Source: an uncultured SAR86 cluster bacterium (GTDB lineage Bacteria; Pseudomonadota; Gammaproteobacteria; Magnimaribacterales; D2472). Taken from it: a stretch of 64,000 nucleotides of DNA. Where the stretch lies: assembly GCA_902628085.1 (NCBI GenBank), contig CACOLO010000003.1, positions 1,476 through 65,475 of the forward strand, given 5' to 3'. The notes under the pieces are model-generated. The model was not told the origin of the DNA. It did no database searches and was given only the letters and a program-made list of their open reading frames with translations. A program made the translations under genes and the position numbers. This document shows, in pieces, positions 1 to 9,994 of this stretch; position 1 is the stretch's first letter, and each line of letters begins with the position of its first letter.

Positions 1-1012
1 TAGCATTATATATGCTTGCTCTCATTCCTCCAACAAGAGCGTGACCCTTTAAATTGAGCAAACTATTTGCTTTTGACTCATCAAGGAAAGCACTATTAAG
101 ATCATCATTTTTTAAATTAAACGTAACGTTCATTACAGAGCGTTGTGATTTTTGAAGATTATTTAAGTAGAAATCTGATGAATCAATGAAATCATATAGT
201 TTTTCAGCCTTTTTTTTATTTAAAGCTGCAAAATGATCTAACCCTCCTGATCTTTTTATCCATTTAAATACTTTGCCAGCAAAGTACCAAGAAAATGTTG
301 GTGGGGTATTAAGCATAGAATTTGCTTTTGAATGCTCAGAATAACGTAGGATTTTTGGAAGGCTAGAATCACCTTTTTCCATAAGCTCTTTAGAAATTAT
401 TACTATCGTTAAGCCAGCAGGCCCTATATTTTTTTGAGCTCCTGCATAAATTAAATCAAATTTGCTTACATCCAGAGGCTGGCTAAGTATCACAGAAGTC
501 ATGTCTGCCATAAGTGGTTTATCTATTTTAGGAATCTCATGCATAGCAATCCCCTGAATAGTTTCATTTGGGCAATAATGAACATATGATGAGTTTTTTG
601 AAATATCCCAATCTGAACATTTGGGAAATACGGAAAAATTGATATTCTCAGATGACGCCGAGATATTTAGATCAATTAATTTAGATGCTTCATCAGCTGC
701 CTTTTTTGACCATGTTCCAGACACAACATAATCTGCATTGTTGCCCATATTTCTGAAATTTAAGGGGATCATTGAGAATTGGTGAGTTGCCCCACCTTGA
801 AGAAAGAGAACTTCATGAGAATTTGGGATATTTAATATTTCTATTAGATCATTCTTGGATTCTTCTGCGACTTGAGAGTAAATATCAGTTCTATGGCCAA
901 TCTCAATTATTGAAGCACCAGAGCCATTATATTCTAGCAACTCTTCTTGAACTTCTTTGATGACTTCTTGAGGTATTGCTGCAGGGCCGGCTGAAAAATT
1001 CCATCCCCTCAT
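1..1012 (-). CDS. serC: Phosphoserine aminotransferase; the C-terminal ~25 codons run off the left window edge
   Basis: Absent from the ORF track because the frame is open to the window edge. My own reverse-strand translation from the ATG (complement of 1010-1012) gives MRGWNFSAGPAAIPQEVIKEV...FLQGGATHQFSMIP...YCPNETIQG...AGAQKNIGPAGLTIVI...NTPPTFSWY...RSVMNVTF...GHALVGGMRASIYNA. These are the conserved SerC blocks. It lies 1 nt downstream of the gyrA stop. Confidence 0.85.
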   Translation of the reverse strand, partial: MRGWNFSAGPAAIPQEVIKEVQEELLEYNGSGASIIEIGHRTDIYSQVAEESKNDLIEILNIPNSHEVLFLQGGATHQFSMIPLNFRNMGNNADYVVSGTWSKKAADEASKLIDLNISASSENINFSVFPKCSDWDISKNSSYVHYCPNETIQGIAMHEIPKIDKPLMADMTSVILSQPLDVSKFDLIYAGAQKNIGPAGLTIVIISKELMEKGDSSLPKILRYSEHSKANSMLNTPPTFSWYFAGKVFKWIKRSGGLDHFAALNKKKAEKLYDFIDSSDFYLNNLQKSQRSVMNVTFNLKNDDLNSAFLDESKANSLLNLKGHALVGGMRASIYNA

Positions 1013-1013
1013 T

Positions 1014-3554
1014 TTAATCTTCTTGATCTTCCTCATCTGGAATGGTGACACATTCTGTTAGCTTTTCATTTTCTTTTGGCGTAATTATTTTAACACCTTG
1101 AGTATTTCTACTTAGAGTGGGCACTTGAGAGACGTTAGTTCTGATCATAGTTCCTTTATCACTTATTAGCATAATGCCGTCTTCCTCATTTACCAAAGTA
1201 GCTGCTACCATCATGCCATTTCTTTCACTTGTTTTAATTGAAATAACTCCTTGGCCACCTCTATTGTGCGTTGGAAAATCGTCTAAGTTAGTTTTCTTGC
1301 CAAATCCATTTTCAGATACACATAAAACAGTTTTTTCAGGATCAGCAACATTTAATGAAATCAATCTTTGATCTTTTTTAAGCTTCATACCTTTAACGCC
1401 TCTTGCTGTTCTTCCCATTGCTCTTACTTTAGTCTCATTAAATCTAATGAGCTTACCTGCAGAAGAAGCAAGCAAGATTTCTTTTTTACCATCTGTGATA
1501 GCGGTTCCAACCAATCTATCATCTTCGTCTAAATTTATTGCTTTGATGCCAGATTTCCACTTTCTAGCAAACAAACTTAAATTTGTTTTTTTTGTAATTC
1601 CTTTTCTAGTGGCCATAAAAATAAACTTATCATCTGAAAATTCCTCGACAGGCAAAATTTCACTTACTCTTTCATCATCATCAAGATTGAGCATATTTAC
1701 TAAAGGCCTGCCTTTGGAGGTTCTTGATGCAACAGGAATTTCATAAACTTTTAACCAAAACACTTTACCTTTTGTTGTAAAGCAAAGTATTTGCATATGA
1801 CTACTTAGAACATATAAATTTTGAATAAGGTCTTCTTCTTTAACAGATGTAGCTGCTTTACCCTGACCACCCCTTCTTTGTTCACGATACTCATCTAATG
1901 GCTGTGTTTTAGCATATCCACTTCTTGATACTGTTAAAACTCTTGTTTCTTCTGGAATTAAATCTTCGTTTGTTATGCCTCTTCTAGTATCGTTAATTAA
2001 AGTTCTTCTCTCGTCTCCAAAATTATTTTTAATTTCTTCTAACTCAGAAATCATAAGCTCTTGAAGTGTTAACTTATCATCTAAAATCTTTTGCAGTGAA
2101 ATTATCTTTTCTACAATTTCAGAAAATTCTTTACTTAAATTCTCCTGTTCTAGTCCTGTAAGTCTTCCTAGTCTTAGCTCTAAAATTGCTCTTGCTTGAT
2201 CTGATGAAAGTTTGTATTTTTTGCCTTTAAGACCCAGATCTTTGCTTATTCCTTTGGGTTTACATGTATCATTACCAACTTTTTTTAATATTGCCTCTAC
2301 AGGACCAGATTTCCATATTTTTTTACATAAGGAGTCTGCAGCTTTCTTAGGATCTTTAGACTTTTTGATAATTGAGATGATTTCATCAATGTTGGCTATC
2401 GCAACCATTAAACCTTCTACAACATGTCCTCTATCTTTTGCCTTATTTAGATCATATTTTGTTCTTTTTATAATTACATCTTTTCTATGTTTAACAAATG
2501 CTTGAAGCATTTCTTTAAGATTAACTTCCTTTGGCTGCCCATCCGCAAGAACTGTGAAATTTATACCAAAGGACTGTTCTAGTTGAGTCTGTGCGAATAG
2601 ATTATTTTCAAGCACATCGACTGAATCTCCTTTTCGAACTTCTATAACAACTCTTAAACCATCTTTATCTGACTCATCTCTTATCTCAGTTATGCCATCT
2701 ATCTTTTTTTCTTTAACAAGCTCTGCAATTTTCTCAAGCATTTTGGCCTTATTCACCATGAAAGGAATTTCATTTATTATCAGAGACTGCTTACCAGATT
2801 TATCTTCTTCAATAGAAGTATTTGATCTGATATGAATAATTCCTCTTCCAGTTTTATAAGCTTCGTAAATACCAGCTTTTCCATCAATTGTTCCACCAGT
2901 TGGAAAATCAGGTCCAGATATATCTTTTATAAGTTCATCAATAGATATTTTTGGATTGTTGATAAGATTTACACAACCGTTTAAAACTTCAGTCAAATTG
3001 TGTGGAGGTATGTTTGTTGCCATACCAACTGCAATACCTGATGAGCCATTGATAAGCAAATTAGGTATTTTAGTAGGCAAAACATCAGGAATATTTTCGC
3101 TACCATCATAATTAGGTGAATACGAAACAGTATCTTTTTCAATATCTCCAAGCATTTGATCAGCAATTTTGGCCATACGCACCTCGGTATATCTCATTGC
3201 TGCTGGAGGGTCGCCATCAATTGAACCAAAATTTCCTTGACCCTCTACAATTGGGTATCGCATTGAAAAATCTTGAGCCATTCTCACCATAGCATCATAA
3301 ACAGCTGAGTCACCATGGGGATGGTATTTTCCAATAACATCACCTACAACTCTTGCCGATTTTTTATACGGCCTGTTGTAGAAATTTTTAAGATCATACA
3401 TTGCATATAATATTCTTCGATGGACTGGTTTGAGGCCATCCCTTATATCAGGAAGTGCTCTACCATGTATGACGCTAAGAGCATAGCTTAAATATGACTG
3501 TTTAAGTTCATCTTCGATATTTACAGATATTATTTCTTTAGCAAAATCACTCAT
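1014..3554 (-). CDS. gyrA: DNA gyrase subunit A
   Basis: 846 aa. Contains the QRDR block [19 protein letters not shown], the active-site Tyr motif [10 protein letters not shown] and C-terminal beta-pinwheel repeats. Confidence 0.97.
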   Translation of the reverse strand: MSDFAKEIISVNIEDELKQSYLSYALSVIHGRALPDIRDGLKPVHRRILYAMYDLKNFYNRPYKKSARVVGDVIGKYHPHGDSAVYDAMVRMAQDFSMRYPIVEGQGNFGSIDGDPPAAMRYTEVRMAKIADQMLGDIEKDTVSYSPNYDGSENIPDVLPTKIPNLLINGSSGIAVGMATNIPPHNLTEVLNGCVNLINNPKISIDELIKDISGPDFPTGGTIDGKAGIYEAYKTGRGIIHIRSNTSIEEDKSGKQSLIINEIPFMVNKAKMLEKIAELVKEKKIDGITEIRDESDKDGLRVVIEVRKGDSVDVLENNLFAQTQLEQSFGINFTVLADGQPKEVNLKEMLQAFVKHRKDVIIKRTKYDLNKAKDRGHVVEGLMVAIANIDEIISIIKKSKDPKKAADSLCKKIWKSGPVEAILKKVGNDTCKPKGISKDLGLKGKKYKLSSDQARAILELRLGRLTGLEQENLSKEFSEIVEKIISLQKILDDKLTLQELMISELEEIKNNFGDERRTLINDTRRGITNEDLIPEETRVLTVSRSGYAKTQPLDEYREQRRGGQGKAATSVKEEDLIQNLYVLSSHMQILCFTTKGKVFWLKVYEIPVASRTSKGRPLVNMLNLDDDERVSEILPVEEFSDDKFIFMATRKGITKKTNLSLFARKWKSGIKAINLDEDDRLVGTAITDGKKEILLASSAGKLIRFNETKVRAMGRTARGVKGMKLKKDQRLISLNVADPEKTVLCVSENGFGKKTNLDDFPTHNRGGQGVISIKTSERNGMMVAATLVNEEDGIMLISDKGTMIRTNVSQVPTLSRNTQGVKIITPKENEKLTECVTIPDEEDQED

Positions 3555-3584
3555 TTTTTACTTATTTTTTGCTTGAAATTTAAT

Positions 3585-3610
3585 GCAAAAAATTACCCAT
3601 ATTTATGGGT
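3585..3610 (-). terminator. Candidate intrinsic terminator downstream of pntB
   Basis: Perfect palindrome ACCCATATTTATGGGT at 3595-3610 (6-7 bp stem). On the minus strand it is followed by AATTTTTTG. It lies 28 nt past the pntB stop. The stem is short and AT-rich. Confidence 0.4.
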
Positions 3611-3630
3611 ATATTTTAGCATATTTATGG
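3598..3630. repeat. Perfect 11-bp direct repeat CATATTTATGG x2, spaced 22 bp apart, in the pntB-gyrA spacer
   Basis: Copies at 3598-3608 and 3620-3630, read directly from the sequence. The first copy overlaps the palindrome at 3595-3610. The repeat lies 44-76 nt upstream of the gyrA start. Confidence 0.7.
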
Positions 3631-3637
3631 CGTGAAT

Positions 3638-5017
3638 TTACTCTTTAAATTCAGATACTAAGCCGCCAATTGACTCCTTGGCATCTCCGAAAAGCATTCG
3701 TGTATTTTGCTTAAAAAACAGCGGGTTTTGCACACCTGCAAATCCAGCTGACATTGATCTTTTTAGTACAAAAACAGTTCTTGCATTATGAACTTCAATG
3801 ATTGGCATACCATAAATCGGACTCCCAGGCTCTTCAGTAGCAGATGGATTTACTACATCATTTGCACCAATAACAATTGCTACATCAACTGTATCCATTG
3901 ATGGATTTACATCATCAGGTTCTACTAAAACATCGTACGGAACATTTGCTTCAGCTAATAAAACATTCATATGACCAGGCATTCTTCCTGCAACAGGATG
4001 GATCCCATATTTAACTTCTGTACCATTTTCTTCTAGAAGCTCTCCAAGCTCTCTTACAACATGTTGAGCTTGTGCAACCGCCATACCATATCCAGGTATT
4101 ACAAGAACTGAACTAGCATTTTCAAGAATCAAATAAGCGTCTGCTACATTAATAGGCTTCACCTCACCAGTCTCTTGAGATCCTGATGACGAAGATGAAG
4201 AAGCATAGCCTACGAAAAGAATGTTTCCAATGGATCTATTCATAGCCTTTGCCATAATGATGGTCAAAATCAATCCACTTGCTCCTACCAAAGAACCAGC
4301 GACAATTAAAACATTATTTAGCAATAACAATCCTGCAAAAGCAGCAGCTATTCCAGAGAAAGAATTTAATAGGGATATAACCACTGGCATGTCTCCACCA
4401 CCAATTGGTATCACAAAACCAATTCCCCCCAACAAAGTTAGTATTAATAAGACTGTGTAAAAGTTTATTGGCAATTCTATGATTTCGGTAAATCCTATCG
4501 AATAAACCAGGAAGAGAATGGATGCGTAAAAGAATGTAGTAAATATTTTAGTTACAAAAGAATCTTTCTTAACTTTCAATTTTTCTGACAATTTACCGTA
4601 AGCAATAATACTCCCAGAAAATGTTACTCCGCCAATATAAGTTGTTAGCATAATGACAATGAACTGAAAAACGTTATCAGGAATTGCATTAAATTCTGAC
4701 CAAGCGATAAAAAATGTTGCCAATCCTCCAAAACCATTAAACAAAGCAACCATTTCAGGTATTGAGGTCATTTTTACTCTTAAAGCGATTAATGAACCAA
4801 TTACAGCACCAATAGAAACTCCAATTAAAACAATAACAGGATTTACAACATTAATGATGGTAACTGCAACAGCTATGAACATGGCTGAGGCAGATAAAAA
4901 ATTACCTCTTACAGCGGTATCTTCTTTGCCTAGCATTTTAATTCCGCTTATAAATAATATTGATGAAAATATATAAACTATATTTTGTATGGCAGATATG
5001 TCGTTAAAAAAACTCAT
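3638..5017 (-). CDS. pntB: NAD(P) transhydrogenase subunit beta
   Basis: 459 aa. N-terminal polytopic membrane domain plus a C-terminal NADP(H)-binding dIII domain with PGYGMAVAQAQH, GRMPGHMNVLLAEA and VIGANDVVNP. Confidence 0.93.
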   Translation of the reverse strand: MSFFNDISAIQNIVYIFSSILFISGIKMLGKEDTAVRGNFLSASAMFIAVAVTIINVVNPVIVLIGVSIGAVIGSLIALRVKMTSIPEMVALFNGFGGLATFFIAWSEFNAIPDNVFQFIVIMLTTYIGGVTFSGSIIAYGKLSEKLKVKKDSFVTKIFTTFFYASILFLVYSIGFTEIIELPINFYTVLLILTLLGGIGFVIPIGGGDMPVVISLLNSFSGIAAAFAGLLLLNNVLIVAGSLVGASGLILTIIMAKAMNRSIGNILFVGYASSSSSSGSQETGEVKPINVADAYLILENASSVLVIPGYGMAVAQAQHVVRELGELLEENGTEVKYGIHPVAGRMPGHMNVLLAEANVPYDVLVEPDDVNPSMDTVDVAIVIGANDVVNPSATEEPGSPIYGMPIIEVHNARTVFVLKRSMSAGFAGVQNPLFFKQNTRMLFGDAKESIGGLVSEFKE

Positions 5018-5018
5018 T

Positions 5019-5291
5019 TTATTTCTTCTTAAACATCTTTAACATTCTATTTGTTACAAGGTAGCCACCAAAAACATTTATTGAGGCAAAAGTGATTGCA
5101 AGCAAAGCTAAAATCTCTTGCAATTGAGAATTTGTACTAAGCACTAATGCACCAACTAGAGCTATCCCAGATATTGCATTTGCACCTGACATCAAAGGAG
5201 TATGAAGAGTACTAGGTACCTTAGATATCAACTCAAGACCCAAATAAATCGATAAAATTAATACGAACCCTAAAAGAACATAGACTTCCAT
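5019..5291 (-). CDS. pntAB: NAD(P) transhydrogenase alpha subunit, membrane part 2 (split PntA)
   Basis: 90 aa with three predicted TM helices. It sits between the dI-encoding gene and pntB, with a 1-nt gap on one side and a 1-nt overlap on the other. Confidence 0.85.
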   Translation of the reverse strand: MEVYVLLGFVLILSIYLGLELISKVPSTLHTPLMSGANAISGIALVGALVLSTNSQLQEILALLAITFASINVFGGYLVTNRMLKMFKKK

Positions 5292-6409
5292 TATTTAAAC
5301 CTCTCATTTTTGATTTCACCATCATAGACAAGCACACTGCTTTGTATAATCTCATCATCAAAATCAAAATTTATTTTTGATTTTTCTTCATCAAAAAAAT
5401 CAGTAATCCAATTGTTATAGTTATTAGATAATGCCAAAGAAGCATGTCCAGCTACTTTTGATGCAAGGTTGCTTATCCCAATGATTTTAACCCCATTCCT
5501 AATTATTATTTCATCTGGTTGGGAACCTTCAACATTTCCTCCAGATTCAACAGCCATATCAAATATCACACTACCTGAGCTCATCTTATCGATTGTATTG
5601 TTATCAATAAGCAAAGGAGCTGGTCGTCCAAATAATTGAGCAGTTGTAATAACTATGTCAGACCTTTCACAAACTTTTGATTGAAGTTCTTTTTGTTTTT
5701 GAATCTGCTCAGGAGTTAGCTCTTTAGCATATCCTTGATCAGTCTCGCCAGTCTCACCAAGATCAATTTTTACAAATTTCGCACCTAATGACTGAACTTG
5801 TTCTTCAACCACATCTCTAGTGTCAAAAGCTTCAACTCTTGCGCCAAGTCTTTTAGCAGTGGCAATAGCTTGAAGACCGGCAACACCTACGCCAATGACA
5901 AACACCTTTGCAGGTTTTAAAGTACCCGCAGCTGTCATCATCATTGGTAATGCAGTTGATAGGTGTCTTGATGATTCAATAACAGCAACATAGCCAGCAA
6001 GATTAGCTTGAGAGCTCAAAACATCCATTTTTTGTGCTCTAGTTATTCTTGGGATGAATTCCATACTCACAAGGTTAATTTTTCTAGATGCGCAACCTTC
6101 AATAAGTTCTTTGTTTGAAAATGGATTAACCATGCCTAAAATCGAAGCACCAGGTTTGATCTCACTGAGTTCGGATATTTCTAGTGGCTGATTAGTTATG
6201 ATTAAATCACTATCTTTAATGCAATCTTTTCTAGATGATTTTGTAAGATTTAGTTCTTCAAATACCTTATTATTTACATTGATACCATTGCCTATATCTT
6301 CCTCAAACACAATTTCGACACCGAGATTAAGCAACATTGAAATTGTATCAGGATGAATTGGTGATCTTTCATCTTTTGAATTTGTAGATTTTAATGCAGC
6401 TATTTTCAA
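5291..6409 (-). CDS. pntAA: NAD(P) transhydrogenase alpha subunit part 1 (soluble dI, NAD(H)-binding)
   Basis: 372 aa with an alanine-dehydrogenase/PNT fold. Rossmann motif VFVIGVGVAGLQAIATAKRLGA. Confidence 0.9.
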   Translation of the reverse strand: MKIAALKSTNSKDERSPIHPDTISMLLNLGVEIVFEEDIGNGINVNNKVFEELNLTKSSRKDCIKDSDLIITNQPLEISELSEIKPGASILGMVNPFSNKELIEGCASRKINLVSMEFIPRITRAQKMDVLSSQANLAGYVAVIESSRHLSTALPMMMTAAGTLKPAKVFVIGVGVAGLQAIATAKRLGARVEAFDTRDVVEEQVQSLGAKFVKIDLGETGETDQGYAKELTPEQIQKQKELQSKVCERSDIVITTAQLFGRPAPLLIDNNTIDKMSSGSVIFDMAVESGGNVEGSQPDEIIIRNGVKIIGISNLASKVAGHASLALSNNYNNWITDFFDEEKSKINFDFDDEIIQSSVLVYDGEIKNERFK

Positions 6410-6575
6410 TTTAATTCTTAGTTGTATTAATTATGTAGTGAAGTTAATCTTAACAGTTCCGTAAAGTCAATTGAATAAAATTTGTTTTATTTAAGAATAA
6501 TTTTAATGAAATTCAAGTACGGTTTTATTTCATATGAAATTTTTTATAAAAATTAATGCAGGTTAAAATATATAT

Positions 6576-7274
6576 ATGACTGAAAATATAGATCATCAAG
6601 AGGTAAATAAATTTGCAGAGCTTGCTGATGAATGGTGGAATAAAAATGGAGACTTTAAGCCACTGCATGTTATCAATCCTTTAAGGGCCAACTACATTAA
6701 GGAAAAATTAGATCTCGAAAGTAAATCTATTCTAGATGTTGGTTGTGGTGGAGGCTTGCTTACAGAAGCTCTATATGACTCTGGTGCAAATGTAACTGGA
6801 ATTGATGCTGCAGGTCCTGGTATAGAGGTTGCTAAAATCCATGCAAGCAAAGGTAACAAAAAAATTAATTACTTTGAACAAACTGCTGAGGAATTATTAA
6901 ACAAAAACTCAGAATTGTTTGATGTGGTTACTTGCCTAGAAGTTTTGGAGCATGTGCCCGATCCGAAATCACTTGTAAAAACATGTATCCAACTTTTGAA
7001 ACCCAATGGTCATCTTTTTTTATCCACCATTAATAGAAATCCAAGATCATGGATCACGGCGATTGTTGGAGCAGAATATATTTTTAATCTGTTACCAAAA
7101 GGTACCCATGAATTTGATAAATTTATCAAGCCATCTGAACTTGCATCTTATGTTCGATCTGGAAATGCGAACTTACTTGAAACAAAAGGAATGTTTTATA
7201 ACCCAATTACACATAAAGCTAATTTGAACAATGATCTTGGTGTGAATTATTTAATGCATGCAAAAAAAATATAA
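6576..7274 (+). CDS. ubiG: Bifunctional ubiquinone-biosynthesis O-methyltransferase
   Basis: 232 aa. SAM motif ILDVGCGGGLL, an N-terminal EVxKF...WW block and a LEVLEHVPDP block typical of UbiG. Confidence 0.9.
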   Translation: MTENIDHQEVNKFAELADEWWNKNGDFKPLHVINPLRANYIKEKLDLESKSILDVGCGGGLLTEALYDSGANVTGIDAAGPGIEVAKIHASKGNKKINYFEQTAEELLNKNSELFDVVTCLEVLEHVPDPKSLVKTCIQLLKPNGHLFLSTINRNPRSWITAIVGAEYIFNLLPKGTHEFDKFIKPSELASYVRSGNANLLETKGMFYNPITHKANLNNDLGVNYLMHAKKI

Positions 7275-7908
7275 AACAAAGTTAGTTTTATTTGATCTCG
7301 ACGGTACCTTAATCGATACAGCTCCAGATTTTCATAATGCGATAAACAAAATTTTAAAGAAATATAATCGTACTCAAATAAGTATGTCATCTTTACGTCC
7401 CTTTATATCTGAAGGCTCCTCAGTTCTTATCGAGTATGCATTTAAAAATCCGAGTCAAGATGAAGATTTAAATAAAATAAAACATGAATTTTTAAATGAA
7501 TATCAAAAAAATTCTACAAATCTTTCAAAGCCATTTGATGGAATTCCAGATGTGATAAATTTTTTGAAAAAAAATAATATCCCTTATGGAATAGTGACTA
7601 ACAAGCTAAGTTTATATGCAAAGCTAATAGTAAATCACTTTACTATTTTTAAAGATTCGAAAATTCTGGTGTGTCCCGATGACGTTAAAATATCCAAACC
7701 AGATCCTGAAGGTATTTTGCTTGCCTGTAGAAAATTAAAGGTTAATCCTAAAAACACTTTATACCTTGGTGATCACCCTAATGATCTTAAAGCAGCGAAT
7801 TCAGCTGGTGCAAGTTTTATTGGTTGCCTTTATGGTTACTCTCTAGGAGAGGGAATTTCTGATTTGAGCGTGAAACTACCAAAAGAAATTATTCAAAAAA
7901 TATCTTAA
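7258..7908 (+). CDS. HAD-IA family phosphatase (phosphoglycolate phosphatase / MupP-like)
   Basis: DxDGT motif LVLFDLDGTLIDT, a VTNK block and GDHPNDLKAANSAG. The position after ubiG matches the Pseudomonas ubiG-mupP-SDR order as I remember it. Confidence 0.8.
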   Translation: MQKKYKTKLVLFDLDGTLIDTAPDFHNAINKILKKYNRTQISMSSLRPFISEGSSVLIEYAFKNPSQDEDLNKIKHEFLNEYQKNSTNLSKPFDGIPDVINFLKKNNIPYGIVTNKLSLYAKLIVNHFTIFKDSKILVCPDDVKISKPDPEGILLACRKLKVNPKNTLYLGDHPNDLKAANSAGASFIGCLYGYSLGEGISDLSVKLPKEIIQKIS

Positions 7909-7912
7909 ATTT

Positions 7913-8662
7913 ATGGCTTCAAGTAATTCTAAAAAAAATTTTTTAAATGGTAAAAATATCCTTGTAACTGGAGCCTCAAAAGGAATAGGTAAATATGTTG
8001 CAAAGGAATTGGCCTTGTTAGGAGCTAATATTATTTTACTCGCACAAAACGAAAAAAGACTTGATGAAATATATGATGATATTAAAGAAAATACACAATC
8101 GAAACCACTGATAATAAATTGTAATTTGGAAAAACTTGATGAAGAAAAATCTCAAGAAATAGCTAATTTAATCGCTAAAGAATATAACGTTTTAGACTAT
8201 GTAATTCATAACGCTGCTACAGTTGAGAAAATGACAAACATTGAAAATATAAGTCTTAAAACATGGGAAAAGATTTTAAAAGTGAATTTGACAAGTTCTT
8301 TTCTCCTCACAAAATATCTAATACCTCTAATGGATTTAGCTGAAATGCCAAGAATAATTTTTACTTCATCAGGAGTTGCTTTTAAAGGAGAAGCCTTTTG
8401 GGGTGCTTATTCAGTTTCCAAGTCTGGAGTAAAGGTTCTTTCAGAAATTCTCAATGACGAGATGGATCACAAAAAAAATTTTAAGGTTTTCAATTTTAAT
8501 CCAAAAGCAACTAGAACTGATATGAGGGCTAGTGTATTTCCTGCGGAGAATCCTAATCAGCTAAAAGAAGTAAAGGAATTAATGCCTTATTATATTTGGA
8601 TGCTATCTGAAAATAGTAATGACTCTTCAGAGATTCATATTGAGTATGGAGATGAGCTTTAA
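7913..8662 (+). CDS. Short-chain dehydrogenase/reductase (YciK-like)
   Basis: Contains VTGASKGIG, HNAA and the YSVSK catalytic Tyr/Lys. Confidence 0.8.
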   Translation: MASSNSKKNFLNGKNILVTGASKGIGKYVAKELALLGANIILLAQNEKRLDEIYDDIKENTQSKPLIINCNLEKLDEEKSQEIANLIAKEYNVLDYVIHNAATVEKMTNIENISLKTWEKILKVNLTSSFLLTKYLIPLMDLAEMPRIIFTSSGVAFKGEAFWGAYSVSKSGVKVLSEILNDEMDHKKNFKVFNFNPKATRTDMRASVFPAENPNQLKEVKELMPYYIWMLSENSNDSSEIHIEYGDEL

Positions 8663-8664
8663 TT

Positions 8665-9276
8665 TCATATCGTAACATTCTCATCTTCTAATACTCGCCA
8701 CAAAAACAAGCACATATAACTCCTATAGGGACTAAATTGATAGTAAAAATCTTGATTATAATTCTTTAAGCTGAATAACTTTAAATGAGCATTTTTAAGA
8801 CCCAAATCAAGAATTGAAAATATATCTGGATCGCCAATGAAAAATATTCTAGACATTTCAATAGACCAAGGCCCTATTCCTTTGATGCTGATTAATAGAT
8901 TAAAGTATTCTTCAGAAGATAAAGATTTAAGTTTGCGTCTTGTAGTCTTTTTTAAATCCTGGTCAAAGATAATTCCATTGATGTAGCTAATCTTCTGCCG
9001 GGAAAGACCAGCATTTTTGAATTTAATATCTAAATTTTGATTTGGTTTTTTATATTTATTATTTTTTAAAATTATTTCTGTTCTCTTCCAAATTGCTGCT
9101 GCGGATTGAACAGATAGTTGTTGACCTACGATGATTTTTACTAAATGAGGTATAAAATCCATTTTTGATACAGTTATCTTGAGGGGTCCAGTTTTTTTTA
9201 TGTGGCTAGCTAGAGATTTATAACCAAGTTCTCTTGCCTTTTTGTAAAGAGCTTTATGTGCCTGAATATGTTCCAT
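8665..9276 (-). CDS. HhH-GPD DNA glycosylase (DNA-3-methyladenine glycosylase II, AlkA-like)
   Basis: Contains IVGQQLSVQSAAAIW and the helix-hairpin-helix IKGIGPWSIEM, with a downstream Asp (ILDLGL). Confidence 0.75.
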   Translation of the reverse strand: MEHIQAHKALYKKARELGYKSLASHIKKTGPLKITVSKMDFIPHLVKIIVGQQLSVQSAAAIWKRTEIILKNNKYKKPNQNLDIKFKNAGLSRQKISYINGIIFDQDLKKTTRRKLKSLSSEEYFNLLISIKGIGPWSIEMSRIFFIGDPDIFSILDLGLKNAHLKLFSLKNYNQDFYYQFSPYRSYMCLFLWRVLEDENVTI

Positions 9277-9991
9277 AATCTTTAAGAGAATTTATCTCTT
9301 GATCGCCAAGCTCTTTGCAATCTCCTTTTCTCAATGTTGACGGTAAAAAGATCGGTCCAAACCTTGTGCGTTTTAATCTACTTACCTCCATATCAATAGA
9401 TTGAAATAGCTTTCTGACTTCTCTATTTTTCCCACTTGTTAGACAAACAGAAAACCATTGATTAGTAGTATTTTTTTGACCTTCAACAATGTCAGAAAAA
9501 AAATGTTTTACTCCATCAATAATAACTCCGTTGAGAAGTTTTCTTCTTTTTTCATTAGTAAATATGCCTCTTGCTCTAACAAGATACTCTCTATCTATTT
9601 TTGAAGATGGGTGCATGCAAAAATTTGCAAAGTTCCCATCATTTGTAAATAGCATTAAGCCAGATGTATTTACATCAAGTCTCCCTATTGATATCCATCT
9701 TTTTGCATCATCTTTTTTTGGTAAATAATCAAAGACTATAGGAATATTTTTTTCTTTTTTTGATGACGAAATAACTTTCTCAGGTTTATTTAACATAATA
9801 ACTCTTAAGTTTTCTTCCTTGTATTCAATTACCTTACCATCGTATTCAACAAGATCATTTAAAGAGACCTTAGCTCCAATTTGAGCAATCTTGTTATTAA
9901 CTAAGACTTTTTGGGATTTGATTAGCTCTTCACAAAATCGTCTTGAGCCTATACCCGCTTTTGCAAGATATTTTTGCAGACGTTCTGCCAT
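9254..9991 (-). CDS. rluB: 23S rRNA pseudouridine synthase, RsuA/RluB family
   Basis: S4 domain RLQKYLAKAGIGSRR and catalytic block GRLDVNTSGLMLFTNDG. It lies downstream of scpB, as in many gammaproteobacteria. Confidence 0.85.
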   Translation of the reverse strand: MAERLQKYLAKAGIGSRRFCEELIKSQKVLVNNKIAQIGAKVSLNDLVEYDGKVIEYKEENLRVIMLNKPEKVISSSKKEKNIPIVFDYLPKKDDAKRWISIGRLDVNTSGLMLFTNDGNFANFCMHPSSKIDREYLVRARGIFTNEKRRKLLNGVIIDGVKHFFSDIVEGQKNTTNQWFSVCLTSGKNREVRKLFQSIDMEVSRLKRTRFGPIFLPSTLRKGDCKELGDQEINSLKDYGTYSGT

Positions 9992-9994
9992 GAA

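Noticed and set aside
1174-2505. Plus-strand ORFs of 65-99 aa inside gyrA (1174-1371, 1447-1746, 2212-2505), and similar ORFs inside other genes (772-960 within serC, 4221-4460, 9489-9728, 22026-22473, 33614-33850, 37463-38068, 39042-39942, 42390-43111, 46859-47176 and others)
   Set aside because: All lie antisense to, or out of frame with, strongly supported conserved genes. Their translations are low-complexity (S/F/L/I-rich) with no recognisable motifs. They are shadow ORFs.
6527-6540. AT-rich perfect palindromes in divergent promoter regions: ATTTCATATGAAAT (6527-6540), ACACTACATAGTGT (11351-11364), ACAATATATTGT (11385-11396), and an AAATATTAATATTT-type palindrome in the 13904-13945 spacer
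   Set aside because: They could be operators, but short A/T palindromes are expected by chance at this base composition. None matches a binding consensus I can name; for example, there is no TyrR box TGTAAA-N6-TTTACA upstream of the DAHP synthase.
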